Notes: generated by a model not told the origin, from the letters alone. A DNA stretch of 64,000 bases from Eledone cirrhosa (GCA_964016885.1 OZ024764.1:9362001-9426000), one strand, 5' to 3'. Shown: positions 24,291-39,506, numbered from the stretch's first letter. Numbers and translations are program-made.

Positions 24291-26499
24291 ATAATAATGC
24301 TTTCTTTATTAACCACAAGGGTTTACATAAAGTAGACATTAAGGACAGTACCGGACAGTACAGGACGGTACAGATGGGCATTTCTGCATGTAAAAAAAAA
24401 CAGAGGATGTAATAAAAATAACAATGAAAAATTCCCCAATAGGGGGAAGACTTCGGAGGGACATTTGTGGAGAAAGCCCATTAAAAAAAGGCCACATTGA
24501 CCCTGACCACCAGGGCAAGTGCCCTCTCCCAGTTTTCCACCTTTAATTTACAGACACATACTCAGAGTAGGTCCCCATTCACTCGGGCCATACTTGCCTC
24601 TCTCACCCATCTTTCAACAAAATGCTGGGAAGAGAGCACTTCCCTCTCTACCTTGATTTTCCATTTCAAATGATAATAATAACGATTTCTAGTAGAGGCA
24701 CATGGCCAGTAATTTGGGGGGCAGGGGAAAGTCGATTAAATCGACCCCAGTATGTTACTGGTACTTTATTTTATCGACCCCGTAAGGATGAAAGGCAAAG
24801 TTAACCTCGGCGGGATTTGAACTCAGAATGGAAAGGGGCGTCCGACCCTCTACTGATACTGCCAATCCACCGCCCTTGATAACAAAAATAATAATAATTG
24901 TTACTACTTTAGGCACAAGGCCAGCAATTACCCAGTGTATTACTGGTACTTTATTTTATCGACCCCGTAAGGATGAAAGGCAAAAATAATAATTGTTTTT
25001 ATGTTAAGCACAAGGCCAGCAATTACCCAGTGCATTACTGGTACTTTATTTTATCGACCCCCGTAAGGATGAAAGGCAAAGTCAACCTCCTCGGCGGGAT
25101 CTGAACTCAGACCGTAAAGGGCCGTAACTCTATGCTGCAAAGCATGGTGTCCGACCCTCTACCGATACTGCCAATCTACTACTACTAATAATAATAATGA
25201 AATGCTTGCGTACAGTGTTATATATAGATATATACACACACATGCATGTGTGTATATGCGGGTATGTGTGGGTATATATGTGTGTATATGTGTGGGTATA
25301 TATCTGTGTATATGTGTGGGTATATATGTGTGTATATGTGTGTATATGTGTGTATATGTGTGGGTATATATCTGTGTATATGTGTGTATATATGTGTGTA
25401 TATGTGTGTATATCTGTGTATGTGTGTGTATATATGTGTGTGTGTGTGTGTATGTGTGTATATATGTGTGTATATATGTGTATATATGTGTGTATATGTG
25501 TGTATATATGTGTGTATATGTGTGTATATGTGTGTGTATATGTGTGTATATGTGTGTGTATATGTGTGTATATATGTGTGTATATGTGTGTATATGTGTG
25601 TATATATGTGTGTATATCTGTGTATGTGTGTGTGTGTATATATGTGTATATGTGTGTATATGTGTGTATATGTGTGTGTATATGTGTGTATATATGTGTG
25701 TATATGTGTGTATATCTGTGTATGTGTGTGTGTATATGTGTGTATATATGTGTGTATATGTGTGTGTGTATGTGTGTATATATGTATATATATGTGTATA
25801 TGTATATATGTGTGTGTGTTGCTGTTTTTTTCATGCTCCAAAAGATATTTGCAGAGACAAATAAAAACATACACACACACACATATATATATATATATAC
25901 ACAGTGATGTATGTATACGTGTGTGTATGTGTATGTATATATGTGTGTATGTGTGTATGTGTGTGTGTGTTGGTGGATATCAATGACTCAGTGTTTCTCT
26001 TGGCAACAAACGTCATGTGACCAATGTGGGAGTCTCCTGTGGAAGAACTCTTCAGAGTTCCTTAAACCATTCCCACCACCCACACCACCAACCACCATCA
26101 CCACCACCACTACCACAAACATCCCCACAACCACCATCACCATCACCACCATCACCACTACCACCATCACCACCATCACCACCATCACTATCACCACCAT
26201 CACCACGACCACCATCACCATCACCACCATCCACACCACTCACACCACCATCGCCATCACCACCATCATCATCACCATCACTACCATAAACATCACCACC
26301 ATCACCACCCATACCACCGTCATCACTATCACCACCATCACCATCACCAACACCACAATTACCACAAACATCACCACTAACACCCTTTTAAAAAGGTTAG
26401 TTTTATTTCATAGAACCAGAGCCCAATTTTGGCTAGGTTGGTAACTAAAGGGTTAACCCTTTCATTACCATATTTCTAATGAAATACACTCTATCTTAA

Positions 26500-27368
26500 C
26501 CCTTTAGCATTTACATTACTCTATATATACTATTGTATTTTCATGGTAAAGGCTTTATCTTACATAATATCTCACATAACATTTACATTACTCTATATAT
26601 ACTATTGTATTTTCATGGTAAAGGCTTTATCTTACATAATATCTCACATAACATTTACATTACTCTATATATACTATTGTATTTTCACAGTAAAGGCTTT
26701 ACCTCACATAATATCTCACATAACATTTACATTACTCTATATATACTATTGTATTTTCATGGTAAAGGCTTTATCTTACATAATATCTCACATAACATTT
26801 ACATTACTCTATATATACTATTGTATTGTCACAGTAAAGGCTTTACCTCACATAATATCTCACATAACATTTACATTACTCTATATATACTATTGTATGT
26901 TCATGGTAAAGGCTTTATCTTACATAATATCTCACATAACATTTACATTACTCTATATATACTATTGTATTGTCACAGTAAAGGCTTTACCTCACATAAT
27001 ATCTCACATAACATTTACATTACTCTATATATACTATTGTATTTTCACAGTAAAGGCTTTATCTTACATAATATCTCACATAACATTTACATTACTCTAT
27101 ATATACTATTGTATTTTCACAGTAAAGGCTTTACCTCACATAATATCTCACATAACATTTACATTACTCTATATATACTATTGTATTTTCATGGTAAAGG
27201 CTTTATCTTACATAATTATCTCACATAATATCGAATCTATCCGATTTTGATATTATTTATTTTGAGAACAATACCGTAACATAAGTATAAGCAGCCATTT
27301 GTGGCTGGTTTGAACAGAAGGCGGTGAGAGAATTCTGACTGGATATGGTCGGTTTAAATGCTAAAGGG
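26500..27368. mobile_element. piggyBac-like MITE containing a 72-bp tandem array (~10 copies)
   Basis: TTAA|CCCTTTAGCATTTA ... TAAATGCTAAAGGG|TTAA. A single-unit internal relative lies at ~4370-4510. Confidence 0.85.
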
Positions 27369-27372
27369 TTAA

Positions 27373-30300
27373 CATACGGTTCTCATTTAAAATTATGTTG
27401 GAAGATTTTAATTTAAATTGTAACACATTTTATAATTAATTAATGAAATATTTTGAGGGGTTTACTACAAAATTATTAATTATTTTATTACTAAGACAGT
27501 AACTTAATGTAAGATTCTTATATAAAATATTGTAAGATTTCAATTTAAATTGGAACACTATATTTCAATTAATTAATGAATAATTTCGAGGGATTTACTA
27601 AAATTATTAATTATTATTCCATTACTAAGAGAGTAACTTAACATAGGGTTCTTATTTAAAATTATGTTGGAAGATTTTAATTTAAATTGTAACACATTTT
27701 ATAATTAATTAATGAAATATTTTGAGGGGTTTACTACAAAATTATTAATTTTTTATTACTAAGACAGTAACTTAATGTAAGATTCTTATATAAAATATTG
27801 GAAGATTTCAATATAAATTGGAACACTATATTTCAATTAATTAATGAATAATTTCGAGGGATTTACTAAAATTATTAATTATTATTCCATTACTAAGAGA
27901 GTAACTTAACATAGGGTTCTTATTTAAAATTATGTTGGAAGATTTTAATTTAAATTGTAACACATTTTATAATTAATTAATGAAAAACTTTGAGGGGTTT
28001 ACTACAAAATTATTAATAACTATCCGAATTACCCGTACCTTGTTGCGTTTCACACATTTATTTTGTAAGAAAATGATGATTGATTATAAATCAGTGATAT
28101 AATTTATGGAGAAAAACTCTGCATTTCAATATTACTCAATGTAAAATGTAATGCATGAAAGATTGGAAAACATTATTTTTTGTAATATATCAAATCAAAA
28201 TTACATTATTAAATCTTATTCTTATTTTGTTTCTTGTAAATAATTTTTTTTTAAAATATCAATTCAAAACTTTTGTGAATAGGCATCATATCTTGTCATT
28301 TACCTATGGTTTAAACTTCATATAAATCAAAGGGAAAACATTTTCAGCGGGGGTTTGTGTCCCCAGGGAACCCTTTGATTAAAATGAAATATACTTATCC
28401 AAGTACCCTGGGCAATGTAGTTTCAGATTATATATGGTTATGGGGGTCTATCTCCAAAACCATAGGAGGAGTTCGTGAACAAACAAACAGGAACTACAAC
28501 TTTATATATATAGATTTCATTACTAAGAAAGAAACTTAATGTAAGGTCCTTATATAAAATTATATTGGAAGATTTTAATTTAAATTGGAATACTATATTT
28601 CAATTAATTAATGAAGAATTGCGAGTGATTTACTAAAATTATTAATTACTTCATTACTAAGAGAGTAACTTAATGTAAGGTCCTTATATAAAATTATATT
28701 GGAAGATTTTAATTTAAATTGGAACACTATATTTCAATTAATTAATGAAGAATTGCGAGTGATTTACTAAAATTATTAATTACTTCATCACTAAGAGAGT
28801 AACTTAATGTAAGGTCCTTATATAAAATGTTGGAAGATTTTAATTTAAATTGGAACACTATATTTCAATTAATTAATGAAGAATTGCGAGTGATTTACTA
28901 AAATTATTAATTACTTCATTACTAAGAGAGTAACTTAATGTAAGGTCCTTATATAAAATGTTGGAAGATTTTAATTTAAATTGGAACACTATATTTCAAT
29001 TAATTAATGAAGAATTGCGAGTGATTTACTAAAATTATTAATTACTTCATTACTAAGAGAGTAACTTAATGTAAGATTCTTATATAAAATTATATTGGAA
29101 GATTTTTAATTTAAATTGTAACACATTTTATAATTATTAATGAAATATTTTGAGGGGTTTACTACAAAATTATTAATTACTTCATTACTAAGAGAGTAAC
29201 TTAATGTAAGGTCCTTATATAAAATGTTGGAAGATTTTTAATTTAAATTGGAACACTATATTTCAATTAATTAATGAAGAATGAGTGATTTACTAAAATT
29301 ATTAATTACTTCATTACTAAGATAGTAACTTAATGTAAGTCCTTATATAAAATTATATTGGAAGATTTTTAATTTAAATTGGAACACTATATTTCAATTA
29401 ATTAATGAAGAATGAGTGATTTACTAAAATTATTAATTACTTCATTACTAAGATAGTAACTTAATGTAAGTCCTTATATAAAATTATATTGGAAGATTTT
29501 TAATTTAAATTGGAACACTATATTTCAATTAATTAATGAAGAATGAGTGATTTACTAAAATTATTAATTACTTCATTACTAAGATAGTAACTTAATGTAA
29601 GTCCTTATATAAAATTATATTGGAAGATTTTTAATTTAAATTGGAACACTATATTTCAATTAAGTAATGAAGAATGAGTGATTTACTAAAATTATTAATT
29701 ACTTCATTACTAAGATAGTAACTTAATGTAAGTCCTTATATAAAATTATATTGGAAGATTTTTAATTTAAATTGGAACACTATATTTCAATTAATTAATG
29801 AAGAATTTCGAGGGATTTACTAAAATTGTTAATTATTTTATTACTAAGACAGTAACTTAATGTAAGGTCCTTATATAAAATGTTGGAAGATTTTAATTTA
29901 AATTGGAACACTATATTTCAATTAATTAATGAAGAATTGCGAGTGATTTACTAAAATTATTAATTACTTCATTACTAAGAGAGTAACTTAATGTAAGGTC
30001 CTTATATAAAATGTTGGAAGATTTTAATTTAAATTGGAACACTATATTTCAATTAATTAATGAAGAATTGCGAGTGATTTACTAAAATTATTAATTACTT
30101 CATTACTAAGAGAGTAACTTAATGTAAGATTCTTATATAAAATTATATTGGAAGATTTTTAATTTAAATTGTAACACATTTTATAATTATTAATGAAATA
30201 TTTTGAGGGGTTTACTACAAAATTATTAATTACTTCATTACTAAGAGAGTAACTTAATGTAAGGTCCTTATATAAAATGTTGGAAGATTTTTAATTTAAA

Positions 30301-33300
30301 TTGGAACACTATATTTCAATTAATTAATGAAGAATGAGTGATTTACTAAAATTATTAATTACTTCATTACTAAGATAGTAACTTAATGTAAGTCCTTATA
30401 TAAAATTATATTGGAAGATTTTTAATTTAAATTGGAACACTATATTTCAATTAATTAATGAAGAATGAGTGATTTACTAAAATTATTAATTACTTCATTA
30501 CTAAGATAGTAACTTAATGTAAGTCCTTATATAAAATTATATTGGAAGATTTTTAATTTAAATTGGAACACTATATTTCAATTAATTAATGAAGAATGAG
30601 TGATTTACTAAAATTATTAATTACTTCATTACTAAGATAGTAACTTAATGTAAGTCCTTATATAAAATTATATTGGAAGATTTTTAATTTAAATTGGAAC
30701 ACTATATTTCAATTAAGTAATGAAGAATGAGTGATTTACTAAAATTATTAATTACTTCATTACTAAGATAGTAACTTAATGTAAGTCCTTATATAAAATT
30801 ATATTGGAAGATTTTTAATTTAAATTGGAACACTATATTTCAATTAATTAATGAAAAATTTCGAGGGATTTACTAAAATTGTTAATTATTTTATTACTAA
30901 GACAGTAACTTAATGTAAGGTCCTTATATAAAATGTTGGAAGATTTTAATTTAAATTGGAACACTATATTTCAATTAATTAATGAAGAATTTCGAGGGAT
31001 TTACTAAAATTGTTAATTATTTTATTACTAAGACAGTAACTTAATGTAAGGTCCTTATATAAAATGTTGGAAGATTTTAATTTAAATTGGAACACTATAT
31101 TTCAATTAATTAATGAAGAATTTCGAGGGATTTACTAAAATTGTTAATTATTTTATTACTAAGACAGTAACTTAACTTAAGGTTCTTATATAAAATGTTG
31201 GAAGATTTTAATTTAAATTGGAACACTATATTTCAATTAATTAATGAAGAATTTCGAGGGATTTACTAAAATTATTAATTACTTCATTACTAAGATAGTA
31301 ACTTAATGTAAGTCCTTATATAAAATTATATTGGAAGATTTTTAATTTAAATTGGAACACTATATTTCAATTAATTAATGAAGAATTTCGAGGGATTTAC
31401 TAAAATTGTTAATTATTTTATTACTAAGACAGTAACTTAACTTAAGGTTCTTATATAAAATGTTGGAAGATTTTAATTTAAATTGGAACACTATATTTCA
31501 ATTAATTAATGAAGAATTTCGAGGGATTTACTAAAATTGTTAATTATTTTATTACTAAGACAGTAACTTAATGTAAGGTCCTTATATAAAATGTTGGAAG
31601 ATTTTAATTTAAATTGGAACACTATATTTCAATTAATTAATGAAGAATTGCGAGTGATTTACTAAAATTATTAATTACTTCATTACTAAGAGAGTAACTT
31701 AATGTAAGATTCTTATATAAAATTATATTGGAAGATTTTTAATTTAAATTGTAACACATTTTATAATTATTAATGAAATATTTTGAGGGGTTTACTACAA
31801 AATTATTAATTACTTCATTACTAAGAGAGTAACTTAATGTAAGGTCCTTATATAAAATGTTGGAAGATTTTTAATTTAAATTGGAACACTATATTTCAAT
31901 TAATTAATGAAGAATGAGTGATTTACTAAAATTATTAATTACTTCATTACTAAGATAGTAACTTAATGTAAGTCCTTATATAAAATTATATTGGAAGATT
32001 TTTAATTTAAATTGGAACACTATATTTCAATTAATTAATGAAGAATGAGTGATTTACTAAAATTATTAATTACTTCATTACTAAGATAGTAACTTAATGT
32101 AAGTCCTTATATAAAATTATATTGGAAGATTTTTAATTTAAATTGGAACACTATATTTCAATTAATTAATGAAGAATGAGTGATTTACTAAAATTATTAA
32201 TTACTTCATTACTAAGATAGTAACTTAATGTAAGTCCTTATATAAAATTATATTGGAAGATTTTTAATTTAAATTGGAACACTATATTTCAATTAAGTAA
32301 TGAAGAATGAGTGATTTACTAAAATTATTAATTACTTCATTACTAAGATAGTAACTTAATGTAAGTCCTTATATAAAATTATATTGGAAGATTTTTAATT
32401 TAAATTGGAACACTATATTTCAATTAATTAATGAAGAATTTCGAGGGATTTACTAAAATTGTTAATTATTTTATTACTAAGACAGTAACTTAATGTAAGG
32501 TCCTTATATAAAATGTTGGAAGATTTTAATTTAAATTGGAACACTATATTTCAATTAATTAATGAAGAATTTCGAGGGATTTACTAAAATTGTTAATTAT
32601 TTTATTACTAAGACAGTAACTTAATGTAAGGTCCTTATATAAAATGTTGGAAGATTTTAATTTAAATTGGAACACTATATTTCAATTAATTAATGAAGAA
32701 TTTCGAGGGATTTACTAAAATTGTTAATTATTTTATTACTAAGACAGTAACTTAACTTAAGGTTCTTATATAAAATGTTGGAAGATTTTAATTTAAATTG
32801 GAACACTATATTTCAATTAATTAATGAAGAATTTCGAGGGATTTACTAAAATTATTAATTACTTCATTACTAAGATAGTAACTTAATGTAAGTCCTTATA
32901 TAAAATTATATTGGAAGATTTTTAATTTAAATTGGAACACTATATTTCAATTAATTAATGAAGAATTTCGAGGGATTTACTAAAATTGTTAATTATTTTA
33001 TTACTAAGACAGTAACTTAATGTAAGGTCCTTATATAAAATGTTGGAAGATTTTAATTTAAATTGGAACACTATATTTCAATTAATTAATGAAGAATTTC
33101 GAGGGATTTACTAAAATTGTTAATTATTTTATTACTAAGACAGTAACTTAATGTAAGGTCCTTATATAAAATGTTGGAAGATTTTAATTTAAATTGGAAC
33201 ACTATATTTCAATTAATTAATGAAGAATTTCGAGGGATTTACTAAAATTGTTAATTATTTTATTACTAAGACAGTAACTTAACTTAAGGTTCTTATATAA

Positions 33301-33652
33301 AATGTTGGAAGATTTTAATTTAAATTGGAACACTATATTTCAATTAATTAATGAAGAATTTCGAGGGATTTACTAAAATTGTTAATTACTTCATTACTAA
33401 GATAGTAACTTAATGTAAGTCCTTATATAAAATTATATTGGAAGATTTTTAATTTAAATTGGAACACTATATTTCAATTAATTAATGAAGAATGAGTGAT
33501 TTACTAAAATTATTAATTACTTCATTACTAAGACAATAACTTAATGTAAGGTCCTTATATAAAATTATATTGGAAGATTTTAATTTAAATTGGAACACTA
33601 TATTTCAATTAATTAATGAAGAATTTCGAGGGATTTTCTAAAATTATTAATT
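27373..33652. repeat. AT-rich satellite, 131-134-bp monomer, with higher-order blocks; interrupted at ~28018-28515
   Basis: TAATGTAAGG at 28671, 28805, 28936; diagnostic variants recur at spacings of 1053 and 1580 bp. Confidence 0.96.
28018..28515 (-). mobile_element. Unique insert in the satellite, possibly a non-autonomous Helitron
   Basis: No TSD seen; minus strand begins A|TCTATATATAT and ends GTACGGGTAATTCGGATAG|T. The end is ATAG rather than the canonical CTRR. Confidence 0.4.
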
Positions 33653-33676
33653 TATTTTTCTGTCAATTTGTTGTAG

Positions 33677-34609
33677 GTAGTTTTGCTGTCAATTGTCACC
33701 GTCACATCACCTCCGTCTGTCAAGCTGGGAATGCCTGTACGAATAGAGAAGTTCGTCGAGATGTACTGCGATATGTCAGCAGAAGGTTTAATCCTTCCGC
33801 TGTCCTTCAACCTTCTACTCGTCATCATATGCGCCTATTATGCGTTCAGAAGCCGCAAACTGCCCGACAACTTCAATGAATCCCGTTACATCGCTTTCTG
33901 CGTGGACACCACGTTACTAGTGTGGCTCAGCTTCCTACCCACATACTTTCTCACATCGCGTTCCTACCACAAAGTACTTGTCATGTCGTCGGCGCTGATT
34001 ATCAACGCTACGGTCACCCTGATCTGTCTTTTCGTCACCAAGGTCTACGCCCTTTACAAGTACCGTAACGAATACCGCAAGAACTTACTCCAGGAGCAGG
34101 AGTTGTTTCGCGTAATTCGTTCCATCGCCTCCGACAACCTCGACCTCCGGCTCTCGCCGGGGGCCGGAGTAGGAGGGGCGGCGGCAGGAGGGGGAGCGGG
34201 GCCGCAAGGGTCTGCAGCAGCAGCAGCAGCAGCCGGTTACCATGACAACGGAAGTGGCAGTGTCGTTGGCGGCGGCGGCTTATCCGTCAGCAGTCGTAGC
34301 ATGGTCGGTGTCGGTATGGGCGGCGGCAGTAGTAGTTGCGGTAGTAGTATGATGATGAGAAGGGGTAGCAGCAGCAGCAGCAGCAGCAGCGGTGGTGGTG
34401 GTGTTGGATGTGGTAGGGTGGGTTACAGCCACAGGAAAAGGCTGGGAGCAGCGAGCATGGCGGGGAGCCTCGGACAGTCGCAGTCGTGTCACAATCTACT
34501 ACTGCAACACACAAACCAACAGCGACACCACCACCGCCACCTGGACGTGTTACCACTCACCAGCGCTCCACCGCCTCTCTGCAAGAGTGACTCCAACATC
34601 AAAACGTGA
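33677..34609 (+). CDS. Class C GPCR terminal coding exon: rest of TM4, TM5 to TM7 and low-complexity C-tail
   Basis: TTGTAG acceptor ends at 33676; joins in frame as LLSVQ|VVLLSIV. Motifs YAFRSRKLPDNFNESRYIAF, VWLSFLPTYF, LFVTKVY. TGA at 34607-34609. Confidence 0.93.
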   Translation, partial: VVLLSIVTVTSPPSVKLGMPVRIEKFVEMYCDMSAEGLILPLSFNLLLVIICAYYAFRSRKLPDNFNESRYIAFCVDTTLLVWLSFLPTYFLTSRSYHKVLVMSSALIINATVTLICLFVTKVYALYKYRNEYRKNLLQEQELFRVIRSIASDNLDLRLSPGAGVGGAAAGGGAGPQGSAAAAAAAGYHDNGSGSVVGGGGLSVSSRSMVGVGMGGGSSSCGSSMMMRRGSSSSSSSSGGGGVGCGRVGYSHRKRLGAASMAGSLGQSQSCHNLLLQHTNQQRHHHRHLDVLPLTSAPPPLCKSDSNIKT

Positions 34610-34617
34610 ACCAGCTC

Positions 34618-34652
<35 letters not shown>

Positions 34653-34654
34653 GT

Positions 34655-34688
<34 letters not shown>

Positions 34689-35587
34689 GTTACTACTACT
34701 ACTACTACTACTACTGCTACTACTACTACTACTAGTACTGCTACTACTACTACTACAACTATTACTATTACTGTTACTACTACTGTTACTACTACTATTA
34801 CTAATACTACTACTGTTACTACTACTACTACTAATACTACTGTTACTACTACTACTACTACTACTACTACTGCTACTACTACTATTACTACTACTGTTAC
34901 TACTACTACTGCTACTACTACTATTACTGTTACTACTACTGTTACTACTACTGTTACTACTACTATTACTAATACTACTACTGTTACTACTACTACTGTT
35001 ACTACTACTGTTACTACTACTACTACTACTAGTACTGCTACTACTACTATTACTACTACTGTTACTACTACTACTGCTACTACTACTATTACTACTAGTG
35101 TTACTACTACTATTACTGTTACTACTACTATTACTGTTACTACTACTACTACTACTACTACTGCTACTACTACTACTACTACTGTTACTACTACTACTAC
35201 TGCTGCTACTACTACTATTACTACTACTGTTACTACTACTACTGCTACTACTACTATTACTACTACTGTTACTACTACTACTGCTACTACTACTATTACT
35301 ACTACTACTACTACTACTACTGCTACTACTACTATTACTGTTACTACTACTACTACTACTACTATTACTACTACTGTTACTACTACTATTACTGTTACTA
35401 CTACTACTACTACTACTACTACTGCTACTACTACTACTACTGTTACTACTACTACTACTGTTACTACTACTACTACTGTTACTACTACTACTACTACTAC
35501 TACTACTGTTACTACTACTATTACTACTACTATTACTACTACTATTACTACTACTACTACTGTTACTACTACTATTACTACTACTAT

Positions 35588-35618
<31 letters not shown>

Positions 35619-35653
35619 GTTACTACTACTACTACTATTACTACTACTACTGT

Positions 35654-35684
<31 letters not shown>

Positions 35685-35764
35685 GCTACTACTACTATTA
35701 CTACTACTGTTACTACTACTGTTACTACTACTACTGCTACTACTACTACTACTACTACTACTGT

Positions 35765-35810
<46 letters not shown>

Positions 35811-35815
35811 GTTAT

Positions 35816-35867
<52 letters not shown>

Positions 35868-36152
35868 GCTACTACTATTACTACTACTATTACTACTACT
35901 ACTATTACTACTACTGTTACTACTACTATTACTACTACTACTGTTACTACTACTATTACTACTGCTACTACTACTATTACTACTACTACTACTACTACTA
36001 ATACTACTACTGCTACTACTACTACTACTGCTACTACTGCTACTGCTACTGTTACTACTACTACTACTACTGTTACTACTACTACTACTACTGCTACTAC
36101 TACTACTACTACCACCACTATTACTATTACCACCACCACCACTACTACTACT
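34618..36152. repeat. Imperfect (ACT)n microsatellite, ~1.5 kb, starting about 8 nt after the GPCR stop
   Basis: ACT repeats with GTT, ATT and GCT variants. Confidence 0.98.
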
Positions 36153-36219
36153 GGATCAAATGAGAAGGTGGGGGTATTTAGATTGTGCTCAGGGAGAAGA
36201 AGAAATAATATATGAATGA

Positions 36220-36225
36220 AATAAA
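36220..36225 (+). promoter_or_regulatory. Candidate polyadenylation signal for the GPCR
   Basis: First AATAAA after the stop codon and the (ACT)n tract; unverified in very AT-rich DNA. Confidence 0.25.
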
Positions 36226-36349
36226 AAAAAACACACGACACCTCAGGCCCAGTGGCTGCTTAAAGGGACGAACATGACACACACACACACACACACATAC
36301 ACATACACATATATATATGTATATATTAACAAACAAGACATTCTTGTAC

Positions 36350-37322
36350 AGTACAAAACAACACTTATACTACATCACATTAAATATTAAAGTCTTTACT
36401 GTAATACTGTAACTGTTCACAACAATCTGTCCACTAGTAAAGATACTATAAACATTTAGTACAAAACAACACTATGACTACATCACATTAAATATTAAAG
36501 TCTTTACTGTAATACTGTAAATTTTCCCAACAATCTGTCCACCAGTAAATATACTATAAACATTTAGTACAAAACAACACTATGACTACATCACATTAAA
36601 TATTAAAGTCTTTACTGTAATACTGTAAATTTTCACAACAATCTGTCCACCAGTAAAGATACTATAAACATTTAGTACAAAACAACACTATGACTACATC
36701 ACATTAAATATTAAAGTCTTTACTGTAATACTGTAAATGTTCACAACAATCTGTCCACTAGTAAAGATACTATAAACATTTAGTACAAAACAACACTATG
36801 ACTACATCACATTAAATATTAAAGTCTTTACTGTAATACTGTAAATGTTCACAACAATCTGTCCACCAGTAAAGATACTATAAACATTTAGTACAAAACA
36901 ACACTATGACTACATCACATTAAATATTAAAGTCTTTACTGTAATACTGTAAATGTTCACAACAATCTGTCCACTAGTAAAGATACTATAAACATTTAGT
37001 ACAAAACAACACTATGACTACATCACATTAAATATTAAAGTCTTTACTGTAATACTTTAAATTTTCACAACAATCTGTCTACCAGTAAAGATACTATAAA
37101 CATTTAGTACAAAACAACACTATGACTACATCACATTAAATAATAAAGTCTTTACTGTAATACTTTAAATGTTCACAACAATCTGTGCACCAGTAAAGAT
37201 ACTATAAACATTTAGTACAAAACAACACTATGACTACATAACATTAAATATAAAAGTATTTACTGTAATACTGTAAACTTTCACAATGATTTGTCCATTT
37301 GCAAAGATACTATAAACATTTG
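36350..37322. repeat. 108-bp tandem array (~9 copies)
   Basis: AGTACAAAAC at 36458, 36566 and onward. Confidence 0.95.
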
Positions 37323-37790
37323 ACTTCACAATGGAATTTTCAAGACATTTTCTGCTGAATCAGAACAGGAAGTTACAAGCTGAAACACAACTTATGAATC
37401 TCAATGTAAAAATATGAATCTCAATGTAATAAAAAAAAAGAAAAAAAAAATGTATTCCCTTGAATATTACTGGTATATATAGCCAAGTAAATAATGACTG
37501 GTAGAGATATGAAAAAAAAAAAAACTGCTTTGGTGTATGATGGTACAAGCGCCACAAACTAAAATTTGGGAACAGAAAGTGGACAGTCTGTTTTCAATAT
37601 GTGTATCAGATAACTGACTGTTTAACACACATGTACATATGTGTGTGTGTGTATATATATATATATGTATATACTGTAAATGTTCACAACATATATATAT
37701 ATATATATATATGTGTGTATGAAAAATAAACCACATTTGGTCATTCCATGAGGGTATCTTGGTCAGCTTATCAAATGTTCAGCCGACCCT

Positions 37791-37846
<56 letters not shown>

Positions 37847-37864
37847 GATAGATAGATTAACATA

Positions 37865-37901
<37 letters not shown>

Positions 37902-38151
37902 ATAATTGTTTCTACGTTAGGCACAAGGCCAGCAATTACCCAGTACATTACTGGTACTTTATTTTATCGACCCCGTAAGGATGAAAGGCAAAGTTAACCT
38001 CGGCAGGATTTGAACTCAGATCGTAAAGGGACGTAACTCTATGCTTCAAAGTATGGTGTCCGACTCTCCACCGATACTGCCAATCCACCGCCCTATATAG
38101 TAATAATAATAATAAATTTGAAGACTAAAATCCAAAGAGGGCTCGATAAGG

Positions 38152-38196
<45 letters not shown>

Positions 38197-38397
38197 TATA
38201 TATACATATATACATATGTATATACACATATATATATGCAAGGGTCAGCTGAAAATTTCATAGGCTAACCAAGATACTCTCATGGAATGACCAAATGAGG
38301 GTTATTTTTCAACATAGTCCTTAGAAAGAAACAATGCAGTTATTGATAAGAGTTGAAATTAATGCATGCAAGATTTCACAGCTTTAGCATCAAACCA

Positions 38398-38429
<32 letters not shown>

Positions 38430-38431
38430 CA

Positions 38432-38463
<32 letters not shown>

Positions 38464-38473
38464 CATATATATA

Positions 38474-38585
<112 letters not shown>

Positions 38586-38671
38586 TATGTATGGGAAATA
38601 AAATACAAGGTGAAATAAAGGAGATAATTTAGAAGTGACTGTGTTTACAGTTATTTTCTGTGTCTGATATT

Positions 38672-38728
<57 letters not shown>

Positions 38729-38761
38729 TATATAATATATAATATATATAATGTATATATA

Positions 38762-38805
<44 letters not shown>

Positions 38806-38987
38806 CATATATATAATATATATATATATATGTATATTATATATATATATTATACATATATATAATATATATATATATATAACATGTACATAATATATAT
38901 ATGTATATTATATATATATATTATACATATATATAATATATATATATATATACACACACATATATATATATATATATACACACACAC

Positions 38988-39039
<52 letters not shown>

Positions 39040-39445
39040 TATAATCATGAAGTACAACTCAACAGGTTATAATTCACTCTGTTTATTCATAACCACTGTT
39101 ATATACATTTCAGTGATATCTGTCTCATAATAGTTATGACCTCATTGGACAGCTAGAAGTTGAAGAGAAAAACAGAACAAACATAAAGAAGAAATAAAGC
39201 TTACTTCTGTTGTTACAATTCATTGACATGCTCCGAGCTGATATTTGGTGTTGCTTTCTCAAAAGTACCGTTATATATATCAGTATAGGTAGAGGGTCGG
39301 ACGCCATGCTTTGCAGCATAGAGTTACGGCCCTTTATGATCTGAGTTCATATCTTGCCGAGGTTAACTTTGCCTTACAGGGTCGATAAAATAAAGTACCA
39401 GTAATACACTGGGGTAATTGCTGGCCTTGTGCCAAAAGTAGAAAC

Positions 39446-39506
<61 letters not shown>

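Noticed and set aside
34607-34740. Stop-codon read-through of the GPCR
   Set aside because: The TGA-A context is not the leaky TGA-C type, and the in-frame extension is Tyr-rich repeat ending at a TAG within ~130 nt.
34392-36241. Poly-Thr mucin-like, poly-Leu and poly-Val ORFs
   Set aside because: Translations of an (ACT)n microsatellite; no signal peptide or splice support.
37722-38320. Inverted pair of mariner-like ends as one element
   Set aside because: The two ends face outward with unrelated SINE and microsatellite between them; better read as separate terminal fragments (another at ~44646-44692).
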